A DNA stretch of 64,000 nucleotides from Antedon mediterranea (lineage: Eukaryota > Animalia > Echinodermata), in NCBI RefSeq assembly GCF_964355755.1, contig NC_092671.1, forward strand, positions 21,018,001-21,082,000, written 5' to 3'. The notes beneath the pieces are model-generated. The model searched no databases. It worked only from the letters and a program-made list of their open reading frames with translations, and was not told the DNA's origin. Positions 63,099 through 64,000 of the stretch are shown here, piece by piece. Numbering within the stretch: the stretch's first letter is position 1; each line of letters starts with the position of its first letter. Both the position numbers and the translations under genes were made by a program.

Positions 63099-64000
63099 TT
63101 AGTTATCCGCATTCAGCGGATAACTCCTTGTAACTGTCCTGTTTCATCTTTTTTTGGTTATCTGCACTATGGCGGATAACTCCTTGTTATTGTATTATTA
63201 GTGAATCACATTTAGTAGAGCGCATCTCCAATTATCCGTTTTCCATTTTCACCCAGATTTTGATATTGTCTAGGTAAATCAACTATCTTTCGCACGAGTT
63301 AAAAATATTTTAATTTTTATGACGTCATCATGCCTAAAAATTTAAATTACGTGGGTCATTAATTTCATCTTTACAGTAAATTTTAATCTGTTATAGCTCG
63401 TAAGAATAAAATGTGATAATCACGATTAAAACATTTTATGGAAGCTATTGGATTGTAAATACGAAATCATGTGAACATTTTGCCAATTGAATGTTGTGAC
63501 GTCATCATATGGCTAGTTAAATAAAAAAAGTATTTTTCCATATTTTGCGTCATCATTCATTACATTTAAAAGAGCGCGCATCAATATTTCACGTATTCAA
63601 ATTTCTTCTACACGTTAATATGTTGTTACGGAGTTAATTTCCTCCCGAAATTGCTATCTTAGTGTTTCGTTTTGATACCGTACAGGGAAAAATTTCATTT
63701 TAAAATTTTGTTTAGCAATATTGCGAATCAAACTGATTTTTTAGTCGAGAATCATACCGTAGTTTTCTATCGTATTTTTTGCTACACAATTGTAGAAATG
63801 TGTAGCAAGAAGGTTGTTTTGTATAGCTTTTTGCTATGCTACACTGGCGAAATTATTCCCTGCCGTAACCATGTTAAAAATTTGAATAAATTGGGGGTTC
63901 CGTAATTTCACCTATTCTACACTGTATACTATATGACACAAAATAGACAGAATTCAGCACTAACAACGTATGATATTCTTCAGTTCAGGTCATAATGCCA
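63099..64000 (+). mobile_element. HINE copy (same family as the 15.7-22.3 kb array), running off the window
   Basis: Two stacked TTRGTTATCYGC...GCGGATAAC modules (63099, 63154), then the reverse complement of the array body. Confidence 0.85.
63683..63862. mobile_element. ~180-bp CAGGG MITE, 5-bp TSD, copy 2
   Basis: Inverted copy of 60792-60967 with TSD CCGTA. Confidence 0.85.

Overview
AT-rich, repeat-saturated animal genomic DNA, probably from a marine invertebrate (taxon not determinable from sequence alone). The only host gene I can support is MRPL45 (mL45): four small coding exons on the + strand (6766-6961, 23953-24017, 39780-39931, 61344-61392) separated by 16-21 kb introns built almost entirely from transposons. 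These include LINE remnants (Penelope, L1/Tx1, Rex1-like, CR1/L2, RTE-X-like), SINEs and many TIR MITEs with readable TSDs. There is also a decayed autonomous Helentron (OTU, Zn finger, Rep, PIF1 helicase, AP-endonuclease; - strand, ~42.3-57 kb) with two tRNA-Val(AAC) pseudogenes upstream of its ORF, and a 6.6-kb HINE array that resolves into a nested self-insertion stack. The most unusual element is a 3.36-kb transposon inside the Helentron (45732-49087; ~28-bp CAGGGA TIRs, 7-bp TSD). It carries two convergent, apparently spliced gene remnants: a PHD-finger gene and a gene with a RAG1-N-terminal-like zinc module. Tiny inserts with 7-bp TSDs resembling P-element excision footprints occur at three sites. 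All protein-family assignments are motif recognition by eye, not database searches.
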